Shown piece after piece: positions 8,198 to 20,800 of a stretch of 56,884 nt of DNA. Every line of letters begins with the position of its first letter. The first letter of the stretch is position 1. This DNA comes from an uncultured bacterium (GTDB taxonomy: Bacteria > Hinthialibacterota > Hinthialibacteria > Hinthialibacterales > Hinthialibacteraceae), in the NCBI GenBank assembly GCA_964419335.1, contig CAYQOX010000007.1, forward strand, positions 65,189-122,072, read 5' to 3'. The notes beneath the pieces were generated by a model. The model was not told the origin of the DNA. It saw only the letters and a program-made list of their open reading frames with translations, and ran no database searches. Made by a program: the position numbers and the translations under genes.

Positions 8198-11100
8198 ATG
8201 AATCAATCCAATGAAAGCCAAGTGCTAAAAAAAACCTATATTGCTTTAAAGAAAACCCAAAAGCGGGTGGAAGAATTAGAAAACGCCCAGCGTGAACCTT
8301 TAGCGATTATTGGCATGGCTTGCCGATTTCCCGGGGGAGGAAATACACCTGAAGCGTTTTGGGATTTGCTGAAGAATGGTGTCGATGCGAGTAGTGAGAT
8401 TCCTGAAGAACGGTGGAAATCACAAACTTTTTATCATCCTGAACCCGATACTCCTGGAACCACCCATGCTCATCGTGCGAACTTTCTAACATTACCAATC
8501 GATGAATTCGACGCTCCTTTTTTCAATATATCCGCCAAAGAAGCCCGGGCCATGGATCCCCAGCAGCGTTTGCTCATGGAAGTCTCTTGGGAAGCCATGG
8601 AAGATGCAGGATTAAATGTAAGTCGCTTAAATGGTAGTCGGACAGGGGTGTATGTGGGGATTTCCAGCGATGATTATTCGCTAGCGCATCGACATTCGGG
8701 AGATTATGGGCAAGTAGATGCCTATTCATTGACAGGAACGTGTTTTGCGCCCGCGGCGGGACGGCTTTCGTATTCCTTTGGTTTTGAGGGACCGTCTATG
8801 GCGGTGGATACAGCTTGTTCTTCCTCGCTGGTGGCATTGCATTTGGCTTGTCGGGGATTGAGAAATCATGAGATGGATATGGCTTTGGTCGGGGGAGTGA
8901 ATTTAATCTTAACTCCATCTTTCCATATTTGTTCAACCAAGTTAGGCACGATTTCACCTGATGGACGGTGTAAAACTTTTGATGCTTCGGCCGATGGCTA
9001 TGGACGCGGTGAAGGCTGCGGAATGGTCGTGATTAAGCGGTTATCAGATGCGGTTCGCGATGAGGATCCTATCCATGCGGTGATTCGTGGTACGGAGGTC
9101 AATCAGGATGGGAAGAGCAATGGCTTAACTGCCCCTAATGGACGTTCCCAAGAAAAAGTGATTCGTAGTGCGTTGGCGAATGCGGGATTATCTCCAGCGG
9201 ATATTAATTATGTTGAAGCCCATGGTACTGGAACCTCGCTGGGGGATCCTATTGAGGTGGAAGCGATTGCTCGCGTGATGGAAGAATCGCACACCCGAGA
9301 GAATCCCGTGTGGATCAGCTCCGTAAAAATCAACATTGGCCATTTGGAGGCCGCAGCGGGGATTTCTGGCTTATTTAAAGTTATTTTATCTATGCGGCAT
9401 GATACCTTGCCTCCACATTTTCACTTCAAAAATCCCAATCCTTATGTTGACTGGGAGCAATTGCCCGTAGAAGTCCCGACACAGCTAACTTCATGGCAAA
9501 GGAATGACAAACCTCGACGTGCTGGGATCAGCTCTTTTGGTTTTAGCGGGACCAATGCCCATGTCGTTGTGGAAGAGCCCCCATCGGTGAAAGAGGAGCA
9601 GGAAGGTCAGCAGCCGATAGAAATTCAAAGCAGGAAAGATCGGTCGTCTTGTCTCTTGCCTTTGTCGGCTCGTAGTGAAAATGCATTAAAAGCATTAGCA
9701 AAGAACTATGTCCGTTTTATAGAGCACAGTGATGTTTCGATTGCCGATATATGTCATACCGCAGGTGTGGGTCGTACCCATTTCAATTACCGTATTTCCG
9801 TAATTGGTAAAGATGCGGATGAAATCAAAACGAACTTGGAGGCGTATACCCAGGGGAAAAAGGCGGCAGGACTCAAGCAAAATGATGGGGTTTTATCTAA
9901 ACCCAAGGTGGTTTTTCTGTTCACTGGTCAGGGCTCACAATATGTAGGGATGGGTAAGGAACTTTATGATACATCGCCGGTCTTTCGAGATGCTATGGAT
10001 GCCTGCGATGCAGGTTTACGTCCCTATCTAAATGAGTCGCTTCTAGAGTTACTCTATAGCGAAGGCGCAGATGATACGCGGTTGACCCAAACTCAGTTTA
10101 CCCAGCCAGCGATCTTTGCCATAGAATATGCGTTAGCACAGCTTTGGATGTCGTGGGGGGTGATACCCGATAAGGTTGCGGGACATAGCATTGGAGAATA
10201 TGCAGCGGCGTGTATCGCGGGAGTTATGAGCTTAGAGGATACACTTCGCCTTGTTGCCGCAAGGGGAAGATTGATGCAATCACTTCCGGGTAATGGAACC
10301 ATGGCGGCAGTGTTTGCCCGGGAAGAAGACTTGCTCGCTCAGTTGGATTTCGAGGGGAAAGAAGTTTCCATCGCTGCTGTGAATGCGCCGGGTTCGGTTG
10401 TCCTTTCAGGAGAACGTGGACAAGTCCAGGAGATGATTGAGGAGTTAAAGAAGCGAGGAATCTCTGCGAAGCAACTTAATGTTTCCCATGCGTTTCATTC
10501 TCCATTAATGGACCCTATTTTGGATGAATTTAGACAGATTGCCAATGAGATCACTTATCATGATCCTGAAATTTCCATCATTTCGACCGTAAGGGGTGGA
10601 GAGATTCAGGATGGGGATTTCACCAGCGCCGAATATTGGACAGAACAAATTCGGAAGCCGGTACGTTTTTGTGAAGCGGGTGAGAGGTTAAGTTTGGATA
10701 GTTCTTCTCTCCTGCTTGAGATCGGGGCAATGCCGATTTTGGCAGGACTCATGAAGCGGATTGTGACAGAGGACACTTGTACCATTTTATATTCAATGAA
10801 AAAAGGCGAAGAGGAATGGAAAAGTTTGCTTCACGCGTTGGGTGAAGTTTATATTCATGGAATTGAAGTTGGTTGGCGGGCCTATGATCAAGCTTATAAA
10901 CGCAAGCGCGTATCCTTACCTTTTTATGCTTTTCAACGCAAAAACTTCTATATGAATCCGGTTCGAGAACAAGGCCCCGCCGGTGGCGGACACGCTTTCA
11001 CAGAGGATAGCCATCCCTATTTAGGTGAACGTATTGATAGTCCCATTATGGGAGAAGATTCTACCTTATTTCAGGCTTTGTTTAGCGAGCCGTGGCCTGA

Positions 11101-14100
11101 CTTTTTACGTCAGCACAAGATTTTTGGGAAGATTATTTCTCCCGGGGCGGCGCATTTGTGTATGGCTTTATCGGCTTGGCGTAATGAAAAGGGGAACGAG
11201 CCTTGTGTTTTAGAAAATGTTGATTTGACGGCTCCTTTGGTGGTCGATGAGGAAGAAAAGCGTAAGGTTCAATTAATTTTGGAAAATAAGCTGGATTCAA
11301 AAGCGGAGTTTCGTCTGTTGAGTAAAGAGGCGGGACAACGAAAAGGAACGTGGATCCTACATTGTAATGGAAATGTTCACAATCTTTTGGAAGACGAAAC
11401 AAACTCTGAGCCGCTGCCGCTGGAAGAAATCCGAACCCGTTGTGATGAGGATATGACGGCGGAAGAATTGTATCAATATATTGAAAATGTGGGGTATAGC
11501 GTCGGCCCGTTATTCCAGTGCGTGCGCGAGATTCATAAGGGAGATAACGAGGCTTTGTGTATTGTGAGGAACGTGCATGAGGTAGATGAAATGGCGGTAT
11601 ATCCCGGATTGGTCGACTCGTTTTTGCAGACAGTTCTGCCTGCGTTGATGAAAAATGATCGCGGTATGCTGGATGGCGAGCATGTCCTGATTCCCCTGCA
11701 TTTTAAAAAGATCCAATTTCAAAAAAGTTTAGATGGAGATTTATATTGTCATACCCAGGTTGCATTGATGGAGGATGCTATCAAAGCCCAAATTCGGATT
11801 GCAGATCCGAGTGGAAACGTGGTTTTGGAAATTGAAGATTTCCTTCTTAAATATACTGATCGCAATACCCTCTACCGCGATTTGCGGGAAGACTTTCATA
11901 AACTCATTTATCTTACCCAGTGGGACGAGATACGCCCTCGAGAGAAAGAACATGTTTCCAGTACGGGACTCTCTTACTCTCTCGTTTTGGATGACGGTCA
12001 TGGTTTTGGACAGACTCTTGTGAATACGATTCGAACCCAAGGTGGGAATTGTATTCATGTTCTTCTTGGGGAGACTTTTGAGCAGAAAGCCAAGGATACT
12101 TATGTAGTCAATGCGAACCAGGAAGATGATCTTTCACAAATTTTCCATGAAGCCATTAAACATAAAGGGGATACACCCATTCACCTTTTGTGTTGCCTGG
12201 GTATCAAAGATGGTCATATTCATGAAATCGATGCCAATGGACTAGAATTCGCAGAGCAAATAATTATTCAGCCTTTGCTATCGGTTTTCCATCAATTGCA
12301 TTCTCAAAATGTAACTGATCATTTTAAACTTTGGTGTTTCACCGAAAAAAGTCAGCGCACTCATCTGGAGGATGGTACGATTCAACTCGCAACTTCTCCC
12401 CTATGGGGATTAGGGCGAACCATGGAAATGGAATTCCCTGAAATGTGGGGGGGGATGATCGATGTCGATGCCAACCTACCGGCAACAGCGTTTGCAACAG
12501 TGCTGGCTCATATCGAAGAACCAAATCACGAAAATCAGATTGCCGTGCGCCAGAATGGGCGGATATATGGTGCGCGCTTAATCCCGATGAAAAAGAGACG
12601 CGAGGAGTCTTCTCGGGAAGAATTGCCGCTGCCCTCCTGTTCGAAAGATGAAGGTATTTATTTGGATACAGGAAATAAAGGGACGCTCGATGAATTGAAC
12701 TTCAAAAAACGCTCACGACGCGAACCGCAAGCGAATGAAGTCGAAGTACACATTTATGCCTCAGGTCTGAATTTTCGTGATGTGCTTAATGTCTTGGGGC
12801 AGTACCCCGGTGACGCGGGATTTATGGGCTATGAGGCGGCAGGAATTGTGACCCGTACCGGATCTCTCGTGAGTGAATTTCGAGAGGGAGACGGGGTGAT
12901 TGTCATGGATGCACCGGGATGCATTTGTGATTACATGACCTGCGATTTGAATTGCGTGATGAAGATCCCCGCGGGGATGAATTTCTATGAAGCCGTTACA
13001 TTACCCGCTACCTTTTTGACGGCTTATTATGCCTTAGAAAAATTGGGACATGTGCGAGAAGGCGATAAAGTGTTGATCCATGCCGGAGCCGGCGGAGTGG
13101 GGATGGCCGCGGTCCAATTATGCCTGGATGCAGGGGCTGAAGTCTTTGCTACGGCAGGTTCGGATAAAAAACGCGCCTTATTGAAAGATATGGGAGTACA
13201 TCATGTGATGAATTCCCGCACACTTGAATTCGCGGATGAGATCCACACGATTACTCAAGGCCAGGGTGTCGATGTGGTGTTGAATTCCTTATCGGGCGAT
13301 TTTATTGAAAAGAGTTTTGAAGTCTTGGCCAAGCATGGACGCTTTTTAGAGATGGGAAAGATCGAGATTTGGAACGAGTCTCAGGTTCGTGCGAAAGATC
13401 CGAGTTATTCGTATTATCCCTTCGATCTCTCTACGGTCTCGCGTGAGAATCCCGGCTATGTCAAAGAATTGTTCCACGAGCTCTTGCCAAGATTTGAAAG
13501 CCAGTCTTTGACTGCCTTGCCCTATACTGTTTTTCCTATGCGACGTGCGAAAGAGGCGTTTCGTTACATGGCTCAAGCCAAGCATATAGGGAAAATTGTG
13601 CTTTCACGTTTGGAGGATATTCGTCGGGATGAAAGAGAAACCTTGGGAGTTGTTCGTTCGGATGCCACTTATTTAATTACCGGTGGTTTGGGGGCGTTAG
13701 GTTTGCAAGCAGCCCGGTGGTTGGCTGAAGAAGGAGCTCAACATATCGTGTTGACTAGTCGCAGTGATCCTAAGCCAGAGGTGGAAGCAATATTGCAATC
13801 GTTGCAGCAACAAGGCATTGAGATTGAGGTTATGCGGGGGGATGTGGCACACGAAGAGGATGTGCAACGTATAATCCAACGCATTCGGACTGAGATGCCC
13901 CCGCTGAAAGGAATTCTTCATGCCGCGGGAGTCTTAGATGATGGGATGTTAGGAGAACAAACTTGGGAACGTTTTAAAAAAGTAATGGCACCGAAGGTAC
14001 GTGGCGCTTGGAATCTGCATCGGGCTACCCGTAATGTGTTGTTGGACTTTTTCGTGATGTATTCTTCGGTGGCCTCGTTGTTAGGGAACTTAGGACAAAG

Positions 14101-14830
14101 TAACTATGCGGCTGCTAATGCCTTTATGGATTCATTAGCACACTATCGTCGTCAGCAAGGTTTACCTGCATTGAGCGTTAATTGGGGGCCCTGGGCTGAA
14201 GCCGGAATGGCAGCGGGTGTATCGAAAGAACGTTTCTCCAGCCAAGGCATACAAAGTCTTAATCCTGAACGCGGAATGCATATTTTGAATACTTTGCTTA
14301 CTGAAGAGATTACCCAACCGTGCGTGATTGATGTGGATTGGGCAAAGTATGCCGAGAGCCGGGCTCTGGATGGGCGGCACGGATTTTTCTCAATGTTATT
14401 AGGAGAATCCAAAGTCAAGAAAAAGACAGATAAATTCGAATCAAAAGAACAGAATCTAATTCTTGATGAGCTCAAGCAATGTTCCGATGGACAGCGGAAG
14501 AATACACTTGTTGCTTTTCTTAAGCAAACGGCGCTGGACGTGCTTGGTTATAGTGAGACGGAGCAAATATCAACCGATCAACCGTTGGTTGATCAAGGCT
14601 TTGATTCCCTTATGAGCGTGGAAATGCGCAATCGTTTAGGTAAAAGTTTGAATCAATCACTACCGGCCTCACTTTTGTTTGACTATCCCACTTTGGAAAA
14701 GATCGCCGAATATTTGCTGGAAGAAGTATTAAAAGTAGAGGAAGAAACCGGTACGAGTGAGGTACAAACGAAAGCAGGTCGCGCTTCCGATGATTTGCTG
14801 AGCGAGATCGATGAATTGGTAAAATCCTAA
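8198..14830 (+). CDS. Type I PKS module: KS-AT(malonyl)-DH-ER-KR-ACP (fully reducing)
   Basis: ATG at 8198 preceded by GAGGTGG. N-terminal coiled-coil docking. KS: DTACSSS, EAHGTGT, NIGHLE. AT: GQGSQ, GHSIGE (about 10181), HAFH (malonyl-type). DH: HPYLGERIDSP (HxxxGxxxxP) and DSFLQ. ER: LIHAGAGGVGMAAVQ (about 13072..13110). KR: TGGLGALG, LDD motif, S..Y..N triad (SNYAAANA about 14101). ACP: GFDSL (14597..14611). Confidence 0.9.
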   Translation: MNQSNESQVLKKTYIALKKTQKRVEELENAQREPLAIIGMACRFPGGGNTPEAFWDLLKNGVDASSEIPEERWKSQTFYHPEPDTPGTTHAHRANFLTLPIDEFDAPFFNISAKEARAMDPQQRLLMEVSWEAMEDAGLNVSRLNGSRTGVYVGISSDDYSLAHRHSGDYGQVDAYSLTGTCFAPAAGRLSYSFGFEGPSMAVDTACSSSLVALHLACRGLRNHEMDMALVGGVNLILTPSFHICSTKLGTISPDGRCKTFDASADGYGRGEGCGMVVIKRLSDAVRDEDPIHAVIRGTEVNQDGKSNGLTAPNGRSQEKVIRSALANAGLSPADINYVEAHGTGTSLGDPIEVEAIARVMEESHTRENPVWISSVKINIGHLEAAAGISGLFKVILSMRHDTLPPHFHFKNPNPYVDWEQLPVEVPTQLTSWQRNDKPRRAGISSFGFSGTNAHVVVEEPPSVKEEQEGQQPIEIQSRKDRSSCLLPLSARSENALKALAKNYVRFIEHSDVSIADICHTAGVGRTHFNYRISVIGKDADEIKTNLEAYTQGKKAAGLKQNDGVLSKPKVVFLFTGQGSQYVGMGKELYDTSPVFRDAMDACDAGLRPYLNESLLELLYSEGADDTRLTQTQFTQPAIFAIEYALAQLWMSWGVIPDKVAGHSIGEYAAACIAGVMSLEDTLRLVAARGRLMQSLPGNGTMAAVFAREEDLLAQLDFEGKEVSIAAVNAPGSVVLSGERGQVQEMIEELKKRGISAKQLNVSHAFHSPLMDPILDEFRQIANEITYHDPEISIISTVRGGEIQDGDFTSAEYWTEQIRKPVRFCEAGERLSLDSSSLLLEIGAMPILAGLMKRIVTEDTCTILYSMKKGEEEWKSLLHALGEVYIHGIEVGWRAYDQAYKRKRVSLPFYAFQRKNFYMNPVREQGPAGGGHAFTEDSHPYLGERIDSPIMGEDSTLFQALFSEPWPDFLRQHKIFGKIISPGAAHLCMALSAWRNEKGNEPCVLENVDLTAPLVVDEEEKRKVQLILENKLDSKAEFRLLSKEAGQRKGTWILHCNGNVHNLLEDETNSEPLPLEEIRTRCDEDMTAEELYQYIENVGYSVGPLFQCVREIHKGDNEALCIVRNVHEVDEMAVYPGLVDSFLQTVLPALMKNDRGMLDGEHVLIPLHFKKIQFQKSLDGDLYCHTQVALMEDAIKAQIRIADPSGNVVLEIEDFLLKYTDRNTLYRDLREDFHKLIYLTQWDEIRPREKEHVSSTGLSYSLVLDDGHGFGQTLVNTIRTQGGNCIHVLLGETFEQKAKDTYVVNANQEDDLSQIFHEAIKHKGDTPIHLLCCLGIKDGHIHEIDANGLEFAEQIIIQPLLSVFHQLHSQNVTDHFKLWCFTEKSQRTHLEDGTIQLATSPLWGLGRTMEMEFPEMWGGMIDVDANLPATAFATVLAHIEEPNHENQIAVRQNGRIYGARLIPMKKRREESSREELPLPSCSKDEGIYLDTGNKGTLDELNFKKRSRREPQANEVEVHIYASGLNFRDVLNVLGQYPGDAGFMGYEAAGIVTRTGSLVSEFREGDGVIVMDAPGCICDYMTCDLNCVMKIPAGMNFYEAVTLPATFLTAYYALEKLGHVREGDKVLIHAGAGGVGMAAVQLCLDAGAEVFATAGSDKKRALLKDMGVHHVMNSRTLEFADEIHTITQGQGVDVVLNSLSGDFIEKSFEVLAKHGRFLEMGKIEIWNESQVRAKDPSYSYYPFDLSTVSRENPGYVKELFHELLPRFESQSLTALPYTVFPMRRAKEAFRYMAQAKHIGKIVLSRLEDIRRDERETLGVVRSDATYLITGGLGALGLQAARWLAEEGAQHIVLTSRSDPKPEVEAILQSLQQQGIEIEVMRGDVAHEEDVQRIIQRIRTEMPPLKGILHAAGVLDDGMLGEQTWERFKKVMAPKVRGAWNLHRATRNVLLDFFVMYSSVASLLGNLGQSNYAAANAFMDSLAHYRRQQGLPALSVNWGPWAEAGMAAGVSKERFSSQGIQSLNPERGMHILNTLLTEEITQPCVIDVDWAKYAESRALDGRHGFFSMLLGESKVKKKTDKFESKEQNLILDELKQCSDGQRKNTLVAFLKQTALDVLGYSETEQISTDQPLVDQGFDSLMSVEMRNRLGKSLNQSLPASLLFDYPTLEKIAEYLLEEVLKVEEETGTSEVQTKAGRASDDLLSEIDELVKS

Positions 14831-14881
14831 TATCGGTTAAAACTGGAATATTTATTATTGGATTGATGGCAGAAGGACATA

Positions 14882-17800
14882 ATGGATTCGATCACAGAAC
14901 AAAAATATAAAGAAACTCTCCGAAAAGCCTCTGAACGAATCAAAGCCCTGACGGTGGAAAATGAGTCGTTAAAGAATCCTGAACCCATTGCTGTGATTGG
15001 TATGGGCTGCCGTTTTCCTGGCGAGGCGAATACACCGGCCTCTTTTTGGGAACTCTTGCGTAATGGGGTGGATGCGGTCGATGAAATTCCCGCGGATCGA
15101 TGGGATGTGGAGGCCTATTATGATCCTGATCGAGAAGCCTTGGGAAAAATGTATACCAAACAGGGGGCGTTTTTATCCGGTGTCGATTTGTTCGATTCTT
15201 CATTTTTCGGCATAACACCTAAAGAAGCAGAATCTATGGATCCCCAGCAACGAATTCTGATGGAAGTGTCGTGGGAAGCCTTTGAGAATGCCAGTTTGAA
15301 TCCCGCCCATTTCCGTGGAAGTCGAAGCGGGGTTTTTGTTGGGCTTTCGAATTATGACTATATTCAGAGCCATATTCATTCAGGAGATGTAGAACGCATA
15401 ACTCCCTATTCAGGAAGCGGAGTCATGTTCAGCACAACGGCGGGGCGGCTTTCATATTTTTACGATTTTCAAGGTCCCTGCTTGACCGTCGACACCGCCT
15501 GTTCATCTTCGCTGGTAACGCTGCATCTGGCCGTTAAAAGTTTGCAAAAGGGAGAGTGTGATTTGGCTTTAACAGGTGGAGTCAACCTCCTCTTGTCGCT
15601 CGATAGTTATATCGCTATGTGCAAGGTTAACGCACTTTCTCCAGATGGGCGATGCCGGACGTTTGATAATGAAGCCCAAGGCTACGGACGAGGTGAAGGC
15701 TGTGGTGTTATTCTGCTTAAACGATTGTCAGAATCTCTTCAAGATGGGGATCGAATCCTCTCTGTTATTCGCGGGACGGCGGTGAATCATGATGGACGCA
15801 GCAACGGACTCACCGCTCCGAATGGACCCTCACAGCAACGGGTGATTCAACAAGCTTTAACCGATGCGCGCTTGAAGCCCGAGGAGGTGGATTATATTGA
15901 AGCGCATGGCACGGGCACCATTTTGGGGGATCCGATAGAAGTTCATGCCTTGGATACGGTTTATGGAAAAGGACGGGATCAAGAAAATCCTTTATTCATT
16001 GGGTCGGTAAAAACCAATATTGGCCATACAGAGGCTTCTGCGGGAATCGCAGGTATTATTAAAGTGATTCTCGCTTTGCAAAATAAAATGATACCTCCCA
16101 GTTTGCATTTTCATTCTCCCAGCCAGCACATAACCTGGGATCAAATTCCCATTCGGGTTGCTTCGCAATTACAGGAGTGGGAGGTGAAAGACAAAAAGCG
16201 GATTGCGGGTGTCAGTTCGTTTGGGTTGAGCGGAACCAATTCGCATATTCTTTTAGAAGAAGCGCCTGTGAATCAAGTTGAAGTTGATCCACAGGATCCA
16301 CGCGATTCTTACACCTTAAAATTATCTGTCCATACAGAAGCAGCGTTGAAACAATCGGCACTCCAATTTTCTGATTTTCTTAAGAATCATCCAGAAGTTA
16401 ATTTGCGGGATTTGTGTTATACCGCGAATACAGGGCGATGTGATTTCGCCCGGCGAATTGCGATCGTTGCCCACACCCGCGAAGAATTCTCCAAGGCTCT
16501 TTCGGCCTATTCTCAAGAACAAAAATCTCCCCACGTTTTTCTTTCGAGATATCAACTTAAAAATAAAGAGGTTGTGTTTCTTTTTACGGGGCAAGGGGCT
16601 ACTTACAAGGGGATGGGAAAAGTCTTGTATGAACATCATCCCGTTTTCCGAGAATCTTTAGAACATTGTGAAGAGATCTTATCACGCTATTGGAATGAGT
16701 CTCTCCTTGATTTGCTTTACCAGGGAGAAGAAACGCGCTTGCTCGAAACCGAAATTACGCAGCCCGTTTTGGTTGCCTTTGAGTATGCCTTAGCCCAGTT
16801 GTGGAAACATTGGGGAATCCAGCCCCGTGTAGTTGTCGGCCATAGCATTGGTGAATATGCCGCAGCAATCACTGCAGGCGTGTTTTCGTTAGAAACGGGA
16901 TTGAAACTGGCGGTGGAGCGTGGACGTCTAATGCAAGCGCTCCCTTCACGAGGCGCGATGGCGGCGGTGTTCGCTTCAGAGGAACATATGACTCCTTTGC
17001 TAGAGGCCTTTACGGGCAAAATTCATATAGCCGCCTGCAATGCACCGGAACGTATGACCTTGTCCGGGGATGCGGATGCTCTGGAAGCATTCCTAGAGGA
17101 ATTGCGAGAAAAGAACATCGAGTTTCGCCGCTTACGTGTCTCGCATGCGTTTCATTCGCATCATATGCAGCCCATGCTTGAGGCGTTTGAACAGAGTGTA
17201 AAACAAGAAAAATGTAACCCTCCCAATCTCCCTTTTTATTCTTCGGTGACGGGGAAACGAGTTGATTCAAAGGAACTTTTGTCCAGCGCTTATTGGACAC
17301 GAGAAATCGCTCAGCCGGTGTTGTTTAAACAAGCAGTGCAAAGCCTTTATGACGATGGGATGAAAATTTTCTTAGAAGTGGGACCGACTGAAACCTTAGC
17401 CCTTTTTGCTCGGCAAACGTGCAGTGAAGGTTTGTTTCTTTCTTCTTTAAAAAAAGGAGTGAGTGATTGGGCGAGACTTCAAACGAGCGCAGCCCAACTC
17501 TACGTTCATGGAATTAATGTAGACTGGCACACTTTTGAGTCTCCTTTTTCTGGTAAACGGATCGATCTTCCAACTTATCCCTTTCAACGAAACCGTTACT
17601 GGTTGGATTTGTGTCCTATACGAAATCAAAAAGGAACGATTGCAAGCCAATCTACGGAACATACACAAGATACCACTCGAAACCTGACTTTACAGAATGA
17701 AACCTCAACTACCAATCAGCAGGTAAAAAAGATGGATATACGAGAAACGATATTAAATGAACTTACCCTTCAATTGGCAGAAGTGGGTGGTTTTCAACAA

Positions 17801-20800
17801 GAAGATATTTCGCCCGAGATTCGATTAATTGAGATGGGATTGGATTCATTAATGCTGGTCAAGATTGGACAAGAGGTTGAACGGCGCTATCAAGTCGAAC
17901 TCACCATGAGCCAGTTCTTTCATGAAATCCAAACCTTGCATGACTTGGTTGATTATTTAATGGAGCATGGAGATCTTCGTGCCGTCAAAGGGCAAGAATC
18001 CGCAGTTGAAGAAACCAAGCCCAATAAAGAAACACGCTCTTCTTTGCCCTCGATTGCTCATGAATCCATCGAGCCTACATCAAACTCCACGGTGCAATTG
18101 ATGCGAGAACAATTGCGTTTGATGGAGCAGGTGAGCAAACAAAGCCAAGAGTCGGTAGAAAAATTAATTCAAGAACAATTGTCGGTTTTACAGAATAGGG
18201 CGAGGGAAGATGGCAAAAACCTTCCTGCTACACCTTCTGCGTCTACGACTCATACTCAACCTGCTCAACCCAAGCCGGCTGAAAAGAAAGAACCGCGCGT
18301 TGGAGGAGCAGAACGCTTTCGTTCGCTTCATTTACAGCGTGGGGGAATGATGAACGAAAAGCAAAAAAAATTCATCGATGAACTCATTCAACGACACATT
18401 CAACGCACCTCAACCTCCAAATCCATGACCCAGGACTCACGGCCGGTCTTGGCGGATTGGAAGCATACCCTTTCCTTTTGGGGGCAGTTGAAGGAAGCGA
18501 AGTATCCCATCATTTCATCGCGTTCCGAAGGTGCACGATTTTGGGATGTGGATGGCAATGAATATATTGATGTGGCCATGGGCATGGGGGTCCATTTTCT
18601 TGGGCATACACCACCTGTGGTTCGCCAGTCCTTGGAGCGTCAATTAAGCGAAGGTATGGAAATTGGCACCCAGTGTGATTTGACCGGTGAGGTGGCGCGT
18701 TTGATTTGTGAGCTGACCGGCAATGAGCGGGTGACCTTTTGTAATACCGGATCGGAAGCAGTGATGGTATGTTTGCGGTTGGCGCGCGCGGTCAGTCAGC
18801 GGGATACGGTAGTTCTTTTCCAAGAGTCATACCATGGAATATTTGACGGCGTGTTGGCAATGGAAGCCGATGGTAAAAAAATCCCTATCGGTCTAGGAAC
18901 CCCGCAAGGGATGATTGAAAATGTTGTCGTTTTGAAATATGGCGATCCTGAATCCTTGGAAAAAATTGAAGAACTCGGAGATGAACTGGCGGCGGTATTG
19001 GTCGAACCGGTACAAAGCCGGAATCCCGATTTGCAGCCACAGAACTTTTTGAAAAAACTACGGCGTATTACACAACAAAACAATGTAGCGTTAATTTTCG
19101 ATGAAATGATCACGGGTTTTCGCATACATCCTGGCGGGGCTCAGCATTGGTTCGGCGTAAATGCGGATCTCTGCGCTTATGGGAAAATCGTGGGCGGGGG
19201 GCTGCCGATTGGGGTGGTCGCAGGCAAATCAAAGTATATGGATTACATCGACGGCGGTGTGTGGAACTATGGGGATGAATCCGGCCCCAGCTCAGCCATG
19301 ATCTTTTTTGGTGGGACCTTTGGACGTAATCCAATGACGATGGCTTCGGCTCATGCTGCCTTGCTTGAATTAAAACGGCAAGGGGCGGAGTTGCAGCAAA
19401 CCGTCAATCGCCGGACCAGGTCTTTTTGTGATCGTTTAAATTATTGGCTTGAAAAGGAACGGGTACCCATGCGGGTAAAATCATTCGCTTCGCAATGGCG
19501 TTTGGTTCCTTTGGGTGACAACGATCGACAGCCCTTAGAGATGGAATTGCTCTATTTGCAATTGATGGTGAAAGGCGTGTATACCTGGGAAAGACGTATC
19601 TGCTTTTTCTCGGCGGCACATGGGGAGGAAGAGATTGATTATATTTTAAAAAGTATAAAAGAGAGCATTCATGAACTGCGTGATGCGGGATTGGCTTTTT
19701 CGATGGAGGGCGATATCCCAAAACGTTTCGTGGCTCCTACCTCGATTCAGCGGCGATTGTATGCGTTGTGCCAACGTCCCGGGGGTGAAAAGCCTTACCA
19801 TCAGCCTTATGCCTATTGGGTGAATGGGGTGCTCGATATTGATCGTTTGGAAGAATGCATGCAGGAAATTATCCTACGGCATGAGGCGCTGCGCTGCAGC
19901 TTCCATGAATTGGAAGGCGACTTAGTTCTACGGATTGAGGACGAACCCCGCTTTTTAATTGAGCGGTATGAAGCGCGTGACGAAGAGGTTGAGGAGATTC
20001 TTACTCGACTCATTCGCCCTTTTGATTTACATACGGCACCATTATTGCGCATGGCTGTAATTCAAATTTCTCCCGAGCGCTATTTACTCTTTAATGATGC
20101 GCACCATATCGTGATTGATGGATTATCCTTTAATACCATCGTGCGTGATTTGATGGATCTGTACGAAGGACGAACCCCACAACCGGTAAAGCATACGTTT
20201 CTTGAATGTGCAGCATTGTTAGAGAAGCGATGCGATGAGAAACGGTTGGCCTTGTTGGATGCATTTTGGGAAAAAGAATTGCATGGACCGCTGCCGGTGT
20301 TGGAATTACCCACGGATTACCCGCGACCGAAAGAGCCGGATTATGAAGGCGAGCATTTGATCTCCACTCTCGATGAGACCAGCCTGCGAAGGATCAAAGA
20401 TTATACCAAGAAGCAAGGGATTTCATTATACATCTTCCTGGCCGCAGCTTATACGACACTCTTACATCGATTAACAGGGCAGGAAGATATCCTTGTCGGA
20501 ACCCCGGTTTCGGGGCGGGATATTCCAGAGGCACAGGATACGGTCGGCATGTTTGTGAATACCAGCGTGCTTCGCAATTATCCTAAAGCCGATACACCTT
20601 TTGAACAATTTCTCCATGAAGTAAAAGAAACATGCGCGTGTGTTTATGATCATCAGGATTATTCCTTTGAGCGTATGGCTAATCGCTATAACAACGGCAG
20701 GCCGCAAAATCGCAATGCTATTTTTGATACCACATTAGCGTATGAGAATGCAAATGATCGAATCTTCACGATTCGAGATTTAACCTTTACCCAGTATCCG

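Noticed and set aside
13900-13925. LDD motif in the gene B KR as a stereochemical finding
   Set aside because: The module also has active DH and ER domains, so the hydroxyl configuration is not retained in the product. Not informative.
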